A model generated the notes under the pieces. It was not told where the DNA came from, searched no databases, and worked only from the letters and a program-made list of their open reading frames with translations. A stretch of DNA of 33,303 bases from an uncultured Elioraea sp. (GTDB lineage Bacteria > Pseudomonadota > Alphaproteobacteria > Acetobacterales > Acetobacteraceae): positions 1 through 33,303 of the forward strand of contig CALKJX010000082.1 of NCBI GenBank assembly GCA_937995555.1. Direction: 5' to 3'. This document shows positions 21,572-29,020 of the stretch, one piece after another. The first letter of the stretch is position 1, and the number at the start of each line of letters is the position of its first letter. The position numbers and the translations under genes are program-made.

Positions 21572-24247
21572 TTACGCCTCCGGGGTCGGGCGGAGACGGG
21601 GATCGCGGCGCATCAGCGCCTTCTCGATCTCGACCACGCCGAACACGACGACCGCGGCGCCGAGGGCGAGCAGCCAGCCCAGGGCGTCGGGCGGGGCCAC
21701 CGCGAACAGCGCCCGCATCGGCGGCGCATACAGGAACAGGCCCTGGAGAACGACGATCAGGCCGATCGCGATCGGCACCGCGCGGTTGCCTGTCAGGGCG
21801 TCGAGCGAGAGGCTGGAGCGGCGGAAGAAGCGGGCGTTGACCAGATAGGCGGCCTGCCCCGCGATCAGCGCAGTGATGGCCGTGCCGCGCGCGACCTCGA
21901 TCGGCGCGTCGGTGGCGTATTCGACCAGGAACGCGCCGATCGTCGCGGCGGTGAGCAGCCCGGAGACCAGGCCGATGCGCCAGAGCAGCAGCGCCGAGAG
22001 GATCGGCTCGTCGGGCATGCGCGGCGGGCGGCTCATCAGGTCGGGCTCGGCCGGCTCGAAGGCCAGCGCGAGCGCCAGCGTCACCGCGACCACGAGGTTG
22101 ACCCACAGGATCTGCACCGGCGTCACCGGCAGCACCGACAGCCCGACCAGCACGGCCGCCACCACGGTCATCGCCTGGCCGCCGTTGGTCGGCAGGATGA
22201 ACAGCAGCGTCTTCTTGAGATTGTCGTACACCGTCCGGCCCTCGCGCACGGCCGCGGCGATGGTGGCGAAGTTGTCGTCGGCGAGCACGATCTCGGCCGC
22301 CTCCTTCGCCGCCTCCGTGCCGGTCCGGCCCATCGCCACACCGATATCGGCGCGCTTCAGCGCCGGCGCGTCGTTCACGCCATCGCCCGTCATCGCGACC
22401 ACGTGCCGGCGCGCCTGGAGCGCCTGTACGAGCCGCAGCTTGTGCGCCGGCGAGGTGCGCGCGTAGATGTGCACGCGATCCGCGGACTGCGTCAGCGCGC
22501 GATCGTCCATCGCGTCGAGCTCGGCCCCGGTGAGCGCGCCGTTCGAGACATCGAGTCCGATCTCGCGGCCGATCGCGAGCGCTGTGCCGACGTGATCGCC
22601 CGTGATCATGGTGACCGCGATGCCGGCGCGGCGGCATTCCGCGACGGCGGCGATCGCCTCCTCGCGCGCGGCATCGATCAGCGCGGCCACGCCGAGAAGT
22701 TCGAGGTCGCGGATGTCGTCGAATCTGAGCGTGAGATGGTCGTGCGCGGTGGGACGGGACGCGACCGCGATCAGGCGGTAGCCGCGTTCCGCGAGCGCAT
22801 CGATCCGCGCGTGCCAGCCCGCGTCGACATCCGCGCACCGCGCGAGCAGCACCTCGGGCGCGCCCTTCACCGCGATCAGTCCATGGCCTTCGTGGTCGTG
22901 GTGCAGCGTGGCCATGAACTTGTGATCGGACTCGAACGGGATCGCGTCGGTGCGGCTCCAGCGGCGCTGGATCGCCGCCGCATCGAGCCCGGCCTTCTCG
23001 GCGACGACCAGGAGGGCGCCGTCGGTCGGGTCGCCCTCGATCGTCCAGGCGCCATGGTCGCGATGCAGCCGCGCATCGTTGCACAGCATGGCGGCGCGCA
23101 GCATCGCCGCCAGCGCGGGATCGTCCTCGGCCCCGATCACTCGTCCGTCGCGCGTAGTGTCCCCTTCCGGGACGTAGCCGACGCCGGCGACCTCGATCTC
23201 GCCGTCATGCAGGGCGATCGCGCGCACCGAGAGCTCGTTGCGCGTCAGCGTGCCGGTCTTGTCGGTGCAGATGATGTCGACGCTGCCGAGCGCCTCCACC
23301 GCCGGCAGCCGGCGCACGATCGCGTTGCGCGCGGCCATCCGGCGCACGCCGAGGGCGAGGATCACGGTGATCACCGCGGGCAGCCCCTCGGGGATCGCCG
23401 CGACCGCAATGCCGACCGCGGCGAGGAACATCTCGTCCGCCGGCAGGCCGCGCAGCGCGTAGCCGAAGGCGAAGGTCGCCGCCGCCAGCAGCAGGATCGC
23501 GACGCTGAGCGCCTTGCCGAACTGCGAGATCGCGCGCAGGAGCGGCGTCTGGAGCTGTTCCACCTCGGCGAGCATGTCGGAGATGCGGCCGATCTCGGTG
23601 TTCGTCCCGGTGGCGACGACGACGCCGCGTCCGTGCCCGGCGGCGACCACGGTTCCGGAGAAGGCCATCGACGAACGGTCGCCGAGGGCGGCGTGATCGT
23701 CCACGGGCTCCGGCGACTTCGCGACCGGCAGGCTCTCGCCGGTGAGGATCGCCTCCTGGATGCTGAGGCCGCGCGCGCTGACGATGCGCAGATCGGCGGG
23801 CACGCGGTCGCCCGGTTCGAGCACGACGAGATCGCCCGGCACGATCCCGGCAGCATCGATGCCGTGCCGGTGGCCGTTGCGGATCACGGTTGCGCGCGGC
23901 GAGAGCATGCGCCGCACGGCGTCCATCGCCTGTTCGGCCTTGCCCTCCTGGATGAAGCCGACGATCGCGTTGATCACCACCACGGCGACGATGACGACGG
24001 TATCGACCCAATGCTCCAGCAGCGCGGTGACGAGCGCGGCGCCGAGCAGCACCTGCATCAGCACGTTCTGGAACTGCGCCACGAACCGACGCACCGGCCC
24101 CGCGCGCACGGGTTCGGGCAGCCGGTTCGGGCCGTGCCGCGCGAGGCGCGCCTGCACCTCTGCATCATCGAGCCCCTTGGTCGAGGTGCCGAGTTGCGCA
24201 GAGACCTCCTCGGCCGGCATGGCGTGCCAGTGCGGTGCCTTGGTCAT
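21572..24247 (-). CDS. Cation-transporting P-type ATPase, type IIA (PacL/CtpF-like), 891 aa
   Basis: HGPNRL, LTGES, IPEGLP, DKTGTLT, KGAPE, MITGDH, TGDGVNDAPALK; start set at MTKAPHWH. Confidence 0.95.
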   Translation of the reverse strand: MTKAPHWHAMPAEEVSAQLGTSTKGLDDAEVQARLARHGPNRLPEPVRAGPVRRFVAQFQNVLMQVLLGAALVTALLEHWVDTVVIVAVVVINAIVGFIQEGKAEQAMDAVRRMLSPRATVIRNGHRHGIDAAGIVPGDLVVLEPGDRVPADLRIVSARGLSIQEAILTGESLPVAKSPEPVDDHAALGDRSSMAFSGTVVAAGHGRGVVVATGTNTEIGRISDMLAEVEQLQTPLLRAISQFGKALSVAILLLAAATFAFGYALRGLPADEMFLAAVGIAVAAIPEGLPAVITVILALGVRRMAARNAIVRRLPAVEALGSVDIICTDKTGTLTRNELSVRAIALHDGEIEVAGVGYVPEGDTTRDGRVIGAEDDPALAAMLRAAMLCNDARLHRDHGAWTIEGDPTDGALLVVAEKAGLDAAAIQRRWSRTDAIPFESDHKFMATLHHDHEGHGLIAVKGAPEVLLARCADVDAGWHARIDALAERGYRLIAVASRPTAHDHLTLRFDDIRDLELLGVAALIDAAREEAIAAVAECRRAGIAVTMITGDHVGTALAIGREIGLDVSNGALTGAELDAMDDRALTQSADRVHIYARTSPAHKLRLVQALQARRHVVAMTGDGVNDAPALKRADIGVAMGRTGTEAAKEAAEIVLADDNFATIAAAVREGRTVYDNLKKTLLFILPTNGGQAMTVVAAVLVGLSVLPVTPVQILWVNLVVAVTLALALAFEPAEPDLMSRPPRMPDEPILSALLLWRIGLVSGLLTAATIGAFLVEYATDAPIEVARGTAITALIAGQAAYLVNARFFRRSSLSLDALTGNRAVPIAIGLIVVLQGLFLYAPPMRALFAVAPPDALGWLLALGAAVVVFGVVEIEKALMRRDPRLRPTPEA

Positions 24248-24253
24248 GCTCGA

Positions 24254-24283
24254 GGTGTGTCCGCAGCCGATGGGGGAGGTCAA
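24254..24283 (-). promoter_or_regulatory. Candidate promoter for the ATPase, possibly leaderless
   Basis: Minus strand TTGACC-18 bp-CACACC-6 bp-ATG; no SD. Confidence 0.35.
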
Positions 24284-24299
24284 GGGAGAGCGGCTCGGC

Positions 24300-24983
24300 T
24301 CATGCGTGCGCGCCCTCGATGATGTGCCCGTCCTCCATGGCAACAATCCGGTCGGCGATGTCGTGGATGCGCGGATCGTGGGTGACGATGAACACCGTGC
24401 GGTGCTGCTCCTTGGCGAGCCGTTGCAGCAGCTCCATGGTTTCGTGCCCGGTGCGTGCGTCGAGCGCGGCCGTCGGCTCGTCGGCGAGGATCAGGCCAGG
24501 CTCGTGCGCCAGCGACCGCGCGATCGCCACGCGCTGGCGCTGTCCGCCCGACAGCGTGGCCGGATAGGCGCGCGCCTTGTCGCCGATGCCGACCGCGTCC
24601 AGCATCGCGTCCGCCCGCGCGAGCCGCTTGGCCTCGCTGAGCCGCGCATCGACCTCCAGCGCCATCGCCACGTTCTGCCGCGCGGTGAGGAACCCGAGCA
24701 GGTTGTGGTGCTGGAAGATGAAGCCGACGCGCCGGCGCACGGCCACGCGTGTTGCCTCGTCGGCGCCGGCAAGCTCCGTGCCGAGCACCACGCACGATCC
24801 CTCCTGCACCGCGCGCAGCCCGCCGATCAGCGTCAGCAGCGTGGTCTTGCCCGACCCCGACGGTCCCGTCAGCAGCACCACCTCGCCCGCCGCGACACTG
24901 AGATCGAGTCCATGGAGCACGGGCTTGGCCGTCTCGCCGTCGCCGAAACGGTGTGTCAGTCCGCTGATCCGCACCGCATCCAT
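24300..24983 (-). CDS. devA: ABC exporter ATP-binding subunit, DevA-like
   Basis: GPSGSGKTT, LIGGLRAVQEGS, FIFQHHNLL, LSGGQRQRVAIAR, LADEPTAALD, VTHDPRI; TGATG overlap with the permease. Confidence 0.9.
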   Translation of the reverse strand: MDAVRISGLTHRFGDGETAKPVLHGLDLSVAAGEVVLLTGPSGSGKTTLLTLIGGLRAVQEGSCVVLGTELAGADEATRVAVRRRVGFIFQHHNLLGFLTARQNVAMALEVDARLSEAKRLARADAMLDAVGIGDKARAYPATLSGGQRQRVAIARSLAHEPGLILADEPTAALDARTGHETMELLQRLAKEQHRTVFIVTHDPRIHDIADRIVAMEDGHIIEGAHA

Positions 24984-26203
24984 CAGAACATGTCCGCCGG
25001 ATTGGCGTCCTTGAGCTTGCGGATTGCCAGCAGACCCGAGACCACGCACATGCCGAAGATCAGCGCGAACACGCCGATGCTCTTCTCGACCGTCATCGTC
25101 AGCGGAATGAAGATCCGCGCCGAGGCGAGCTCGTACAGCCCGAGCCCGAGGATCCAGCCGGGTACATAACCGAGAACGGCCAGGATCAGCGCCTCGCCCA
25201 TCACCACGCGCACGAGATAGCCGTTCGTGTAGCCCATCGCTTTCAGCGTCGCGTACTCCCCGATGTGGCGCGAGATGTCGCTGAACAGGATCTGGTAGAC
25301 GATCACGCACCCCACGATCAGCCCGATCACGACCCCGAGGCCGAAGATGAACCCCACAGGAGCGGTGTTCGCCCAGTAGGTCTTCTCGAACGCGATGAGC
25401 TCGGGCTTGGTGAGGACCATCACATCATCCGGCAGGATATGGCGGAGCGCCGCCTGCGCCGCCGTGGCATCCGCGCCGGCGCGCAGCATGATCGCGCCGA
25501 CATTGACCTGCGCGGGCGTGTGGTTCGGCACGAAGCGCCAGAAATTCGCCTCGGACGTCAGCGCGTTGCCCTCCGAGCCGAAGGTCGCGCCGATCTCGAA
25601 CAACCCCGCCACCTCCACGCGACGGTTGCCGAGCTCGCTCACCACCGGCCCCTCCGCGAGCCAGGACGATACGGCGCCGAACTCGGGTTTCGCCCGCGCG
25701 TCGAACAGGATCACGTCGGGCTTGGTGATCGCCGCGAGCCCGTCCGCCGTGAGGCCAGGAAAACCGACCACGCCCGAGGTCGGATCCACCCCGAACAGCA
25801 GCAGCGTGCGCTTCAGGCTGGTCTTGGGGTTGCGCCAGACCACGTTCTGCACATAGATCGGCGCGACCCGCTCGACCTCCGGCACCGCCAGCGCCTGCGC
25901 CAGACGCGCGCGCGGGAAGGGTGTGGAGCGCCACAGCGCCTCGGTCGTGCTGTGCATCAGGAACAGATCCGCGTGCAACGACTTCTGGACCTGCACCGCA
26001 CTCTCGAACAGCGCCGTCATGAAGCCGAGCTGCATGAAGATCAGCAGGCAGGCGAACACCACGCCGGAGATGGCGGCGGCGAGGCGGGACTTCTCATGCC
26101 GGAGCTGCCGCCAGGCCAAGCGAAAGGGCAGAAAGACCCGGGGGCCCCGCCCCTGGACGCCGCCAAGGGCCATCGGTCCTTGGATCCCGTCAACCCACCT
26201 CAC
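24983..26203 (-). CDS. devC: ABC exporter permease, DevC-like (MacB/FtsX type); start either GTG 26203 or ATG 26173
   Basis: LAWRQLRHEKSRL, LIFMQLGF, FPRARLAQA, EKTYW, PVGFIF, IVYQILFSD, EYATLKAMGY, ANPADMF. Confidence 0.9.
   Translation of the reverse strand: MRWVDGIQGPMALGGVQGRGPRVFLPFRLAWRQLRHEKSRLAAAISGVVFACLLIFMQLGFMTALFESAVQVQKSLHADLFLMHSTTEALWRSTPFPRARLAQALAVPEVERVAPIYVQNVVWRNPKTSLKRTLLLFGVDPTSGVVGFPGLTADGLAAITKPDVILFDARAKPEFGAVSSWLAEGPVVSELGNRRVEVAGLFEIGATFGSEGNALTSEANFWRFVPNHTPAQVNVGAIMLRAGADATAAQAALRHILPDDVMVLTKPELIAFEKTYWANTAPVGFIFGLGVVIGLIVGCVIVYQILFSDISRHIGEYATLKAMGYTNGYLVRVVMGEALILAVLGYVPGWILGLGLYELASARIFIPLTMTVEKSIGVFALIFGMCVVSGLLAIRKLKDANPADMF
26138..26183. repeat. Double-hairpin REP-like palindromic element inside the devC 5' end
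   Basis: CCGGGGGC-CCC-GCCCCTGG and CCAAGGGCC-ATC-GGTCCTTGG separated by 6 bp; single copy in this window. Confidence 0.55.
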
Positions 26204-27234
26204 GGCTGGATCGACACCTGGACCTGCATGTTGGTCCGGCGGCGCAGCACGTCGTTCGCCGCCGGGTCGAGACGCAGGCGCACCTCCACAACGCGGCTGT
26301 CGATGCTCGCCACCGGGTCGGGGCTCAGCACCGACTGGCGGCCGACACGCCACCCGACATCCACCACCCGCGCCGCAACCACACGGTTCGATCCAGGAAC
26401 GGACACCTGCGCCGACGCACCCGCGCGCACCCGCGGCAGATCCGTTTCGTAGACTTCGGCGACCACATCCAGCGCTGACAGGTCGGCGAGCTCCAGCAGC
26501 CCGTCCTCCGGCACGCGTTCGCCGGGCCGCGCATGCACCTTCAGCACGGTCCCCGCGATCGGCGCGACGATCCGCGCGAGGTCGCGCGCCGCCCGCGCCT
26601 CCGCCACCGCCGCGCGCGCGCCTGCGACCTCGGCCTCGGCCACCGCGACGTCCTCCGCACGGGGGGACAAGAGCGCCGCAAGCTCGGCCTCGGCGCGCGT
26701 GCGCTCGGCCGTCGCCTGGGCGGCGGCGAACCGCGTGCGATCCCACGTCGCCTGGTTGCCGGCTGCCGTGCGCAGCAACTGCTCCGCCCGCCGCGCCTCG
26801 CGCACCGCACTCTGCTCCGCCGCCTCGGCGGCCGCGACCCGCGCCCGCGCCGCCGCGATCTCGGTGTCGCGGCCCGCTGCCTTGAGCCGCGCGAACCGCG
26901 CCTCGGCCAGCGCGAGCGACGCCTCGGCCTGCGCCAGCGCCGCCTGCTTGCGCGGCAGATCATGCATCTCGGCGAGCACCTGGCCGGCCGCGACCTCTTC
27001 GCCCTCGGCCACCAGCAGCCGTGCGACGCGCGCCCCCTCGGGCCCGCTGCCGTGCGACACCCGCAGCACCCGGCTCGCCGGCTCCACGCGGCCGAGTGCG
27101 CCGACCCCGACCCGCACGGCATCCGCCGCCGCCGCGACCGGCGCGCGCGACGGCACCACCTCGCGCATCGTCAGCAACGCCACCGCCGGCACGATCGCCA
27201 GTGCGGCGACCGCGATCACGACGATCCGCTTCAT
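26200..27234 (-). CDS. devB: HlyD-family membrane fusion protein, DevB-like
   Basis: N-terminal membrane anchor, ALGRVEP, lipoyl halves RLLVAEGEEVAAGQVL and APIAGTVLKV, Ala-rich coiled coil, AEVYETD, RVVEVRLRL, TNMQVQV. Confidence 0.9.
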   Translation of the reverse strand: MKRIVVIAVAALAIVPAVALLTMREVVPSRAPVAAAADAVRVGVGALGRVEPASRVLRVSHGSGPEGARVARLLVAEGEEVAAGQVLAEMHDLPRKQAALAQAEASLALAEARFARLKAAGRDTEIAAARARVAAAEAAEQSAVREARRAEQLLRTAAGNQATWDRTRFAAAQATAERTRAEAELAALLSPRAEDVAVAEAEVAGARAAVAEARAARDLARIVAPIAGTVLKVHARPGERVPEDGLLELADLSALDVVAEVYETDLPRVRAGASAQVSVPGSNRVVAARVVDVGWRVGRQSVLSPDPVASIDSRVVEVRLRLDPAANDVLRRRTNMQVQVSIQP

Positions 27235-27782
27235 GGCGCCGCGAGCGCACGCATCACGCGCTCCATCGCTGCGGCCTGTTCCGGCGTCGGGGTCCAGAGG
27301 CCGAACACCTTGGCGAGGAACAGCCCGTCCGCCGCCGCCATCACGACATGCGCGTGGCCCGGCGTGAGGCCGTCATCCTCCACCTGCGCGCGGATGCGCG
27401 CGTGCTCGGTTCGGATCGGGTCGATCAGCTTCGGATCGTGCGCATGCGCCGACAGCAGGGCGGCGGCGATGCGCAGGTCGCGCTCGGCGCGTTCCGGCGC
27501 GCTGTGCAGCGCCCAGGCGATCACGCCGCGCGTGTGCCGGCCGGGGCCGGGCGGCTGGGCCGCCACCACCGCATCGAAGATCGCGCGCATCTCGGCGGCC
27601 ATGCGCTCCACCAGCCCGGCGAGCAGCGCCTCCTTGGAGCGGAAGTGATGCAGGAGTCCGCCCTTGCTGACCCCCGCCGCGGCAGCAACGGCGTCGAGGG
27701 AGAGCGCGGAGACGCCGCGCGCGGCCACCACCGTCTCGGCGGCGTCCAGCAGGCGATCGCGGGTATCGGGGCCCTTCAGCAT
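27231..27782 (-). CDS. TetR/AcrR-family transcriptional regulator
   Basis: TRDRLLDAAE, LSLDAVAAAAGVSKGGLLHHFRSKEAL, AADGL; ATGA overlap with devB. Confidence 0.93.
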   Translation of the reverse strand: MLKGPDTRDRLLDAAETVVAARGVSALSLDAVAAAAGVSKGGLLHHFRSKEALLAGLVERMAAEMRAIFDAVVAAQPPGPGRHTRGVIAWALHSAPERAERDLRIAAALLSAHAHDPKLIDPIRTEHARIRAQVEDDGLTPGHAHVVMAAADGLFLAKVFGLWTPTPEQAAAMERVMRALAAP

Positions 27783-27792
27783 GATGCGACGC

Positions 27793-27821
27793 AACATACC
27801 GTCCGGACGGTCGGACTGCAA
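27793..27821 (-). promoter_or_regulatory. Sigma70 promoter of the tetR-devBCA operon
   Basis: Minus strand TTGCAG (27821-27816), 17-bp spacer, TATGTT (27798-27793). Confidence 0.65.
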
Positions 27822-27838
27822 ACCGTCCGGACGGTCGG
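27798..27838. promoter_or_regulatory. Tandem palindromic operators, probably bound by the adjacent TetR
   Basis: Perfect 14-bp palindrome ACCGTCCGGACGGT at 27798-27811 and 27822-27835; 17-bp direct repeat with a 24-bp period. Confidence 0.85.
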
Positions 27839-27855
27839 GCCGCATCACATCGCCG

Positions 27856-28185
27856 TTACATCCCGGGCAGCGGGGTCCAGTGCGCGGCCGGTCGAATGAT
27901 CCGGTTCTCCATGTGGACGAGATAGCCGGCCTCGGCCGCACGCTTCAGATAGGCCTGCCACGCCGGATCCGCCGCCATCGCCGACCGCCGCTGCTCGCGA
28001 TCGGCCTGCGAGTCGTAGGCCCACATGTGCACCACCTGGTTGAGCTGCCCCTCCACCGTCACGTACCAGCCCACGCAGCGGCCGAGATACTTCTGCTGCA
28101 ACGGCCAGGCGTGCTCGCGGTAGAGGGCGACGAAGGCGTCGAGGTGGTTGGGCTTGCAGGTGTAGATGCGCAGATCGACGATCAC
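27856..28185 (-). CDS. NIPSNAP family protein
   Basis: IVDLRIYTCKP, GQLNQVVHMWAYDSQADREQRR, DPAW, ENRII; SD AAGGA. Confidence 0.9.
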   Translation of the reverse strand: MIVDLRIYTCKPNHLDAFVALYREHAWPLQQKYLGRCVGWYVTVEGQLNQVVHMWAYDSQADREQRRSAMAADPAWQAYLKRAAEAGYLVHMENRIIRPAAHWTPLPGM

Positions 28186-28281
28186 GGCGTTTCCTTCCGG
28201 TGGAGGTGGGCGGATGGCGGCATGGTCGCGGCCGCGGCGCAGCCTAGACGAGCCGCGCGCGGCGCGTCAGGCGGGCCGGCG

Positions 28282-28911
28282 ATGAACACGATCGCGGAAC
28301 GGCTCGCCGCCTGGGCGGAAGGCGAGGAGGCGCGCTTCCTCGGCCGGCTCGAGGACGAGGAGCCGTGCAACGGTTGGATCGGCGAGTACTGGCGCATCGT
28401 CGGCGACGCCGCCGGCCGCCCGCTCTACCGCCACGTCGACGGCCGCACGGTCGATGCGAACGGCGACCGCTGGGCGTGGAGTGCGGCCTTCATCGGCGCC
28501 GGGGTCTGGGCGGCGACCGGCGGCGCGCCCTGGTTCGCCTATTGCGAGTGGCACTCGACCTATGTGCGCGATGCGGTCCGCCGGACGCGCGAGGGGGGCG
28601 CGCAGCCCTATCGCGCCCACCCGATCGAGGCGGTGCCGCTGCGGCGCGGCGACATCGTCGTGCAGTGGCGCCAGGGCATCGGCGACGGCGCGCCCGACCG
28701 GCCGGTGACGTGGGACAGCGCGCCGCGCATCGACCCCTTCACCAGCCATGGCGACATCGTCGTGCGCGCAGCCGACGGTGTCGCGGAGATCGTCGGCGCT
28801 AACCTCGCCGACACGGTGCAGCGAAGGCGCCTGGCGCTTGCGCCCGACGGGCTGCTGCGCGACACCACGCAGATGCGCGGCCATTGGTTCGCGCTGATCC
28901 GCTTCGCCTGA
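28282..28911 (+). CDS. DUF2272-like protein (CHAP/NlpC-P60-related fold), 209 aa
   Basis: IGEYW, WSAAFI, HSTYV, RGDIVV, SHGDIVV, IVGAN, DTV resemble DUF2272 motifs (WSAAFIS, SHCDIVV, GGNV) recalled from memory. Confidence 0.7.
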   Translation: MNTIAERLAAWAEGEEARFLGRLEDEEPCNGWIGEYWRIVGDAAGRPLYRHVDGRTVDANGDRWAWSAAFIGAGVWAATGGAPWFAYCEWHSTYVRDAVRRTREGGAQPYRAHPIEAVPLRRGDIVVQWRQGIGDGAPDRPVTWDSAPRIDPFTSHGDIVVRAADGVAEIVGANLADTVQRRRLALAPDGLLRDTTQMRGHWFALIRFA

Positions 28912-29020
28912 CGGGTGCCGAACGGCCGCCCTGTCAACGATCTTGTAAGCACTCTGCGGTATCCCGGACGACCAGGCTTCACCCGCGGCGACGCCGCCCC
29001 TGTTCCGGGAGACACCCCCC

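Noticed and set aside
21486-23084. 533-codon upstream extension of the PAN-EEP ORF overlapping the ATPase on the same strand (possible frameshift fusion or overprinted gene)
   Set aside because: It translates to Arg/Gly/Pro-rich text typical of an off-frame read of GC-rich coding DNA; PAN-EEP has its own SD, ATG and signal peptide, and the ATPase is intact.
24254-24283. TTGACCTCCC upstream of the ATPase as a CueR/MerR operator
   Set aside because: The second half of the dyad (GGAAGGT) is missing, and the ATPase lacks P1B heavy-metal motifs such as CPC and CxxC.
26580-26960. Ala/Glu/Arg-rich quasi-repeats in devB, also seen in the MCP near 31430-31490
   Set aside because: Ordinary coiled-coil coding sequence, not DNA-level tandem repeats.
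27798-27838. Repeat pair as a mini CRISPR array or transposon end
   Set aside because: Only two 17-bp units 7 bp apart, no cas or transposase gene, and the position over a tetR promoter explains them.
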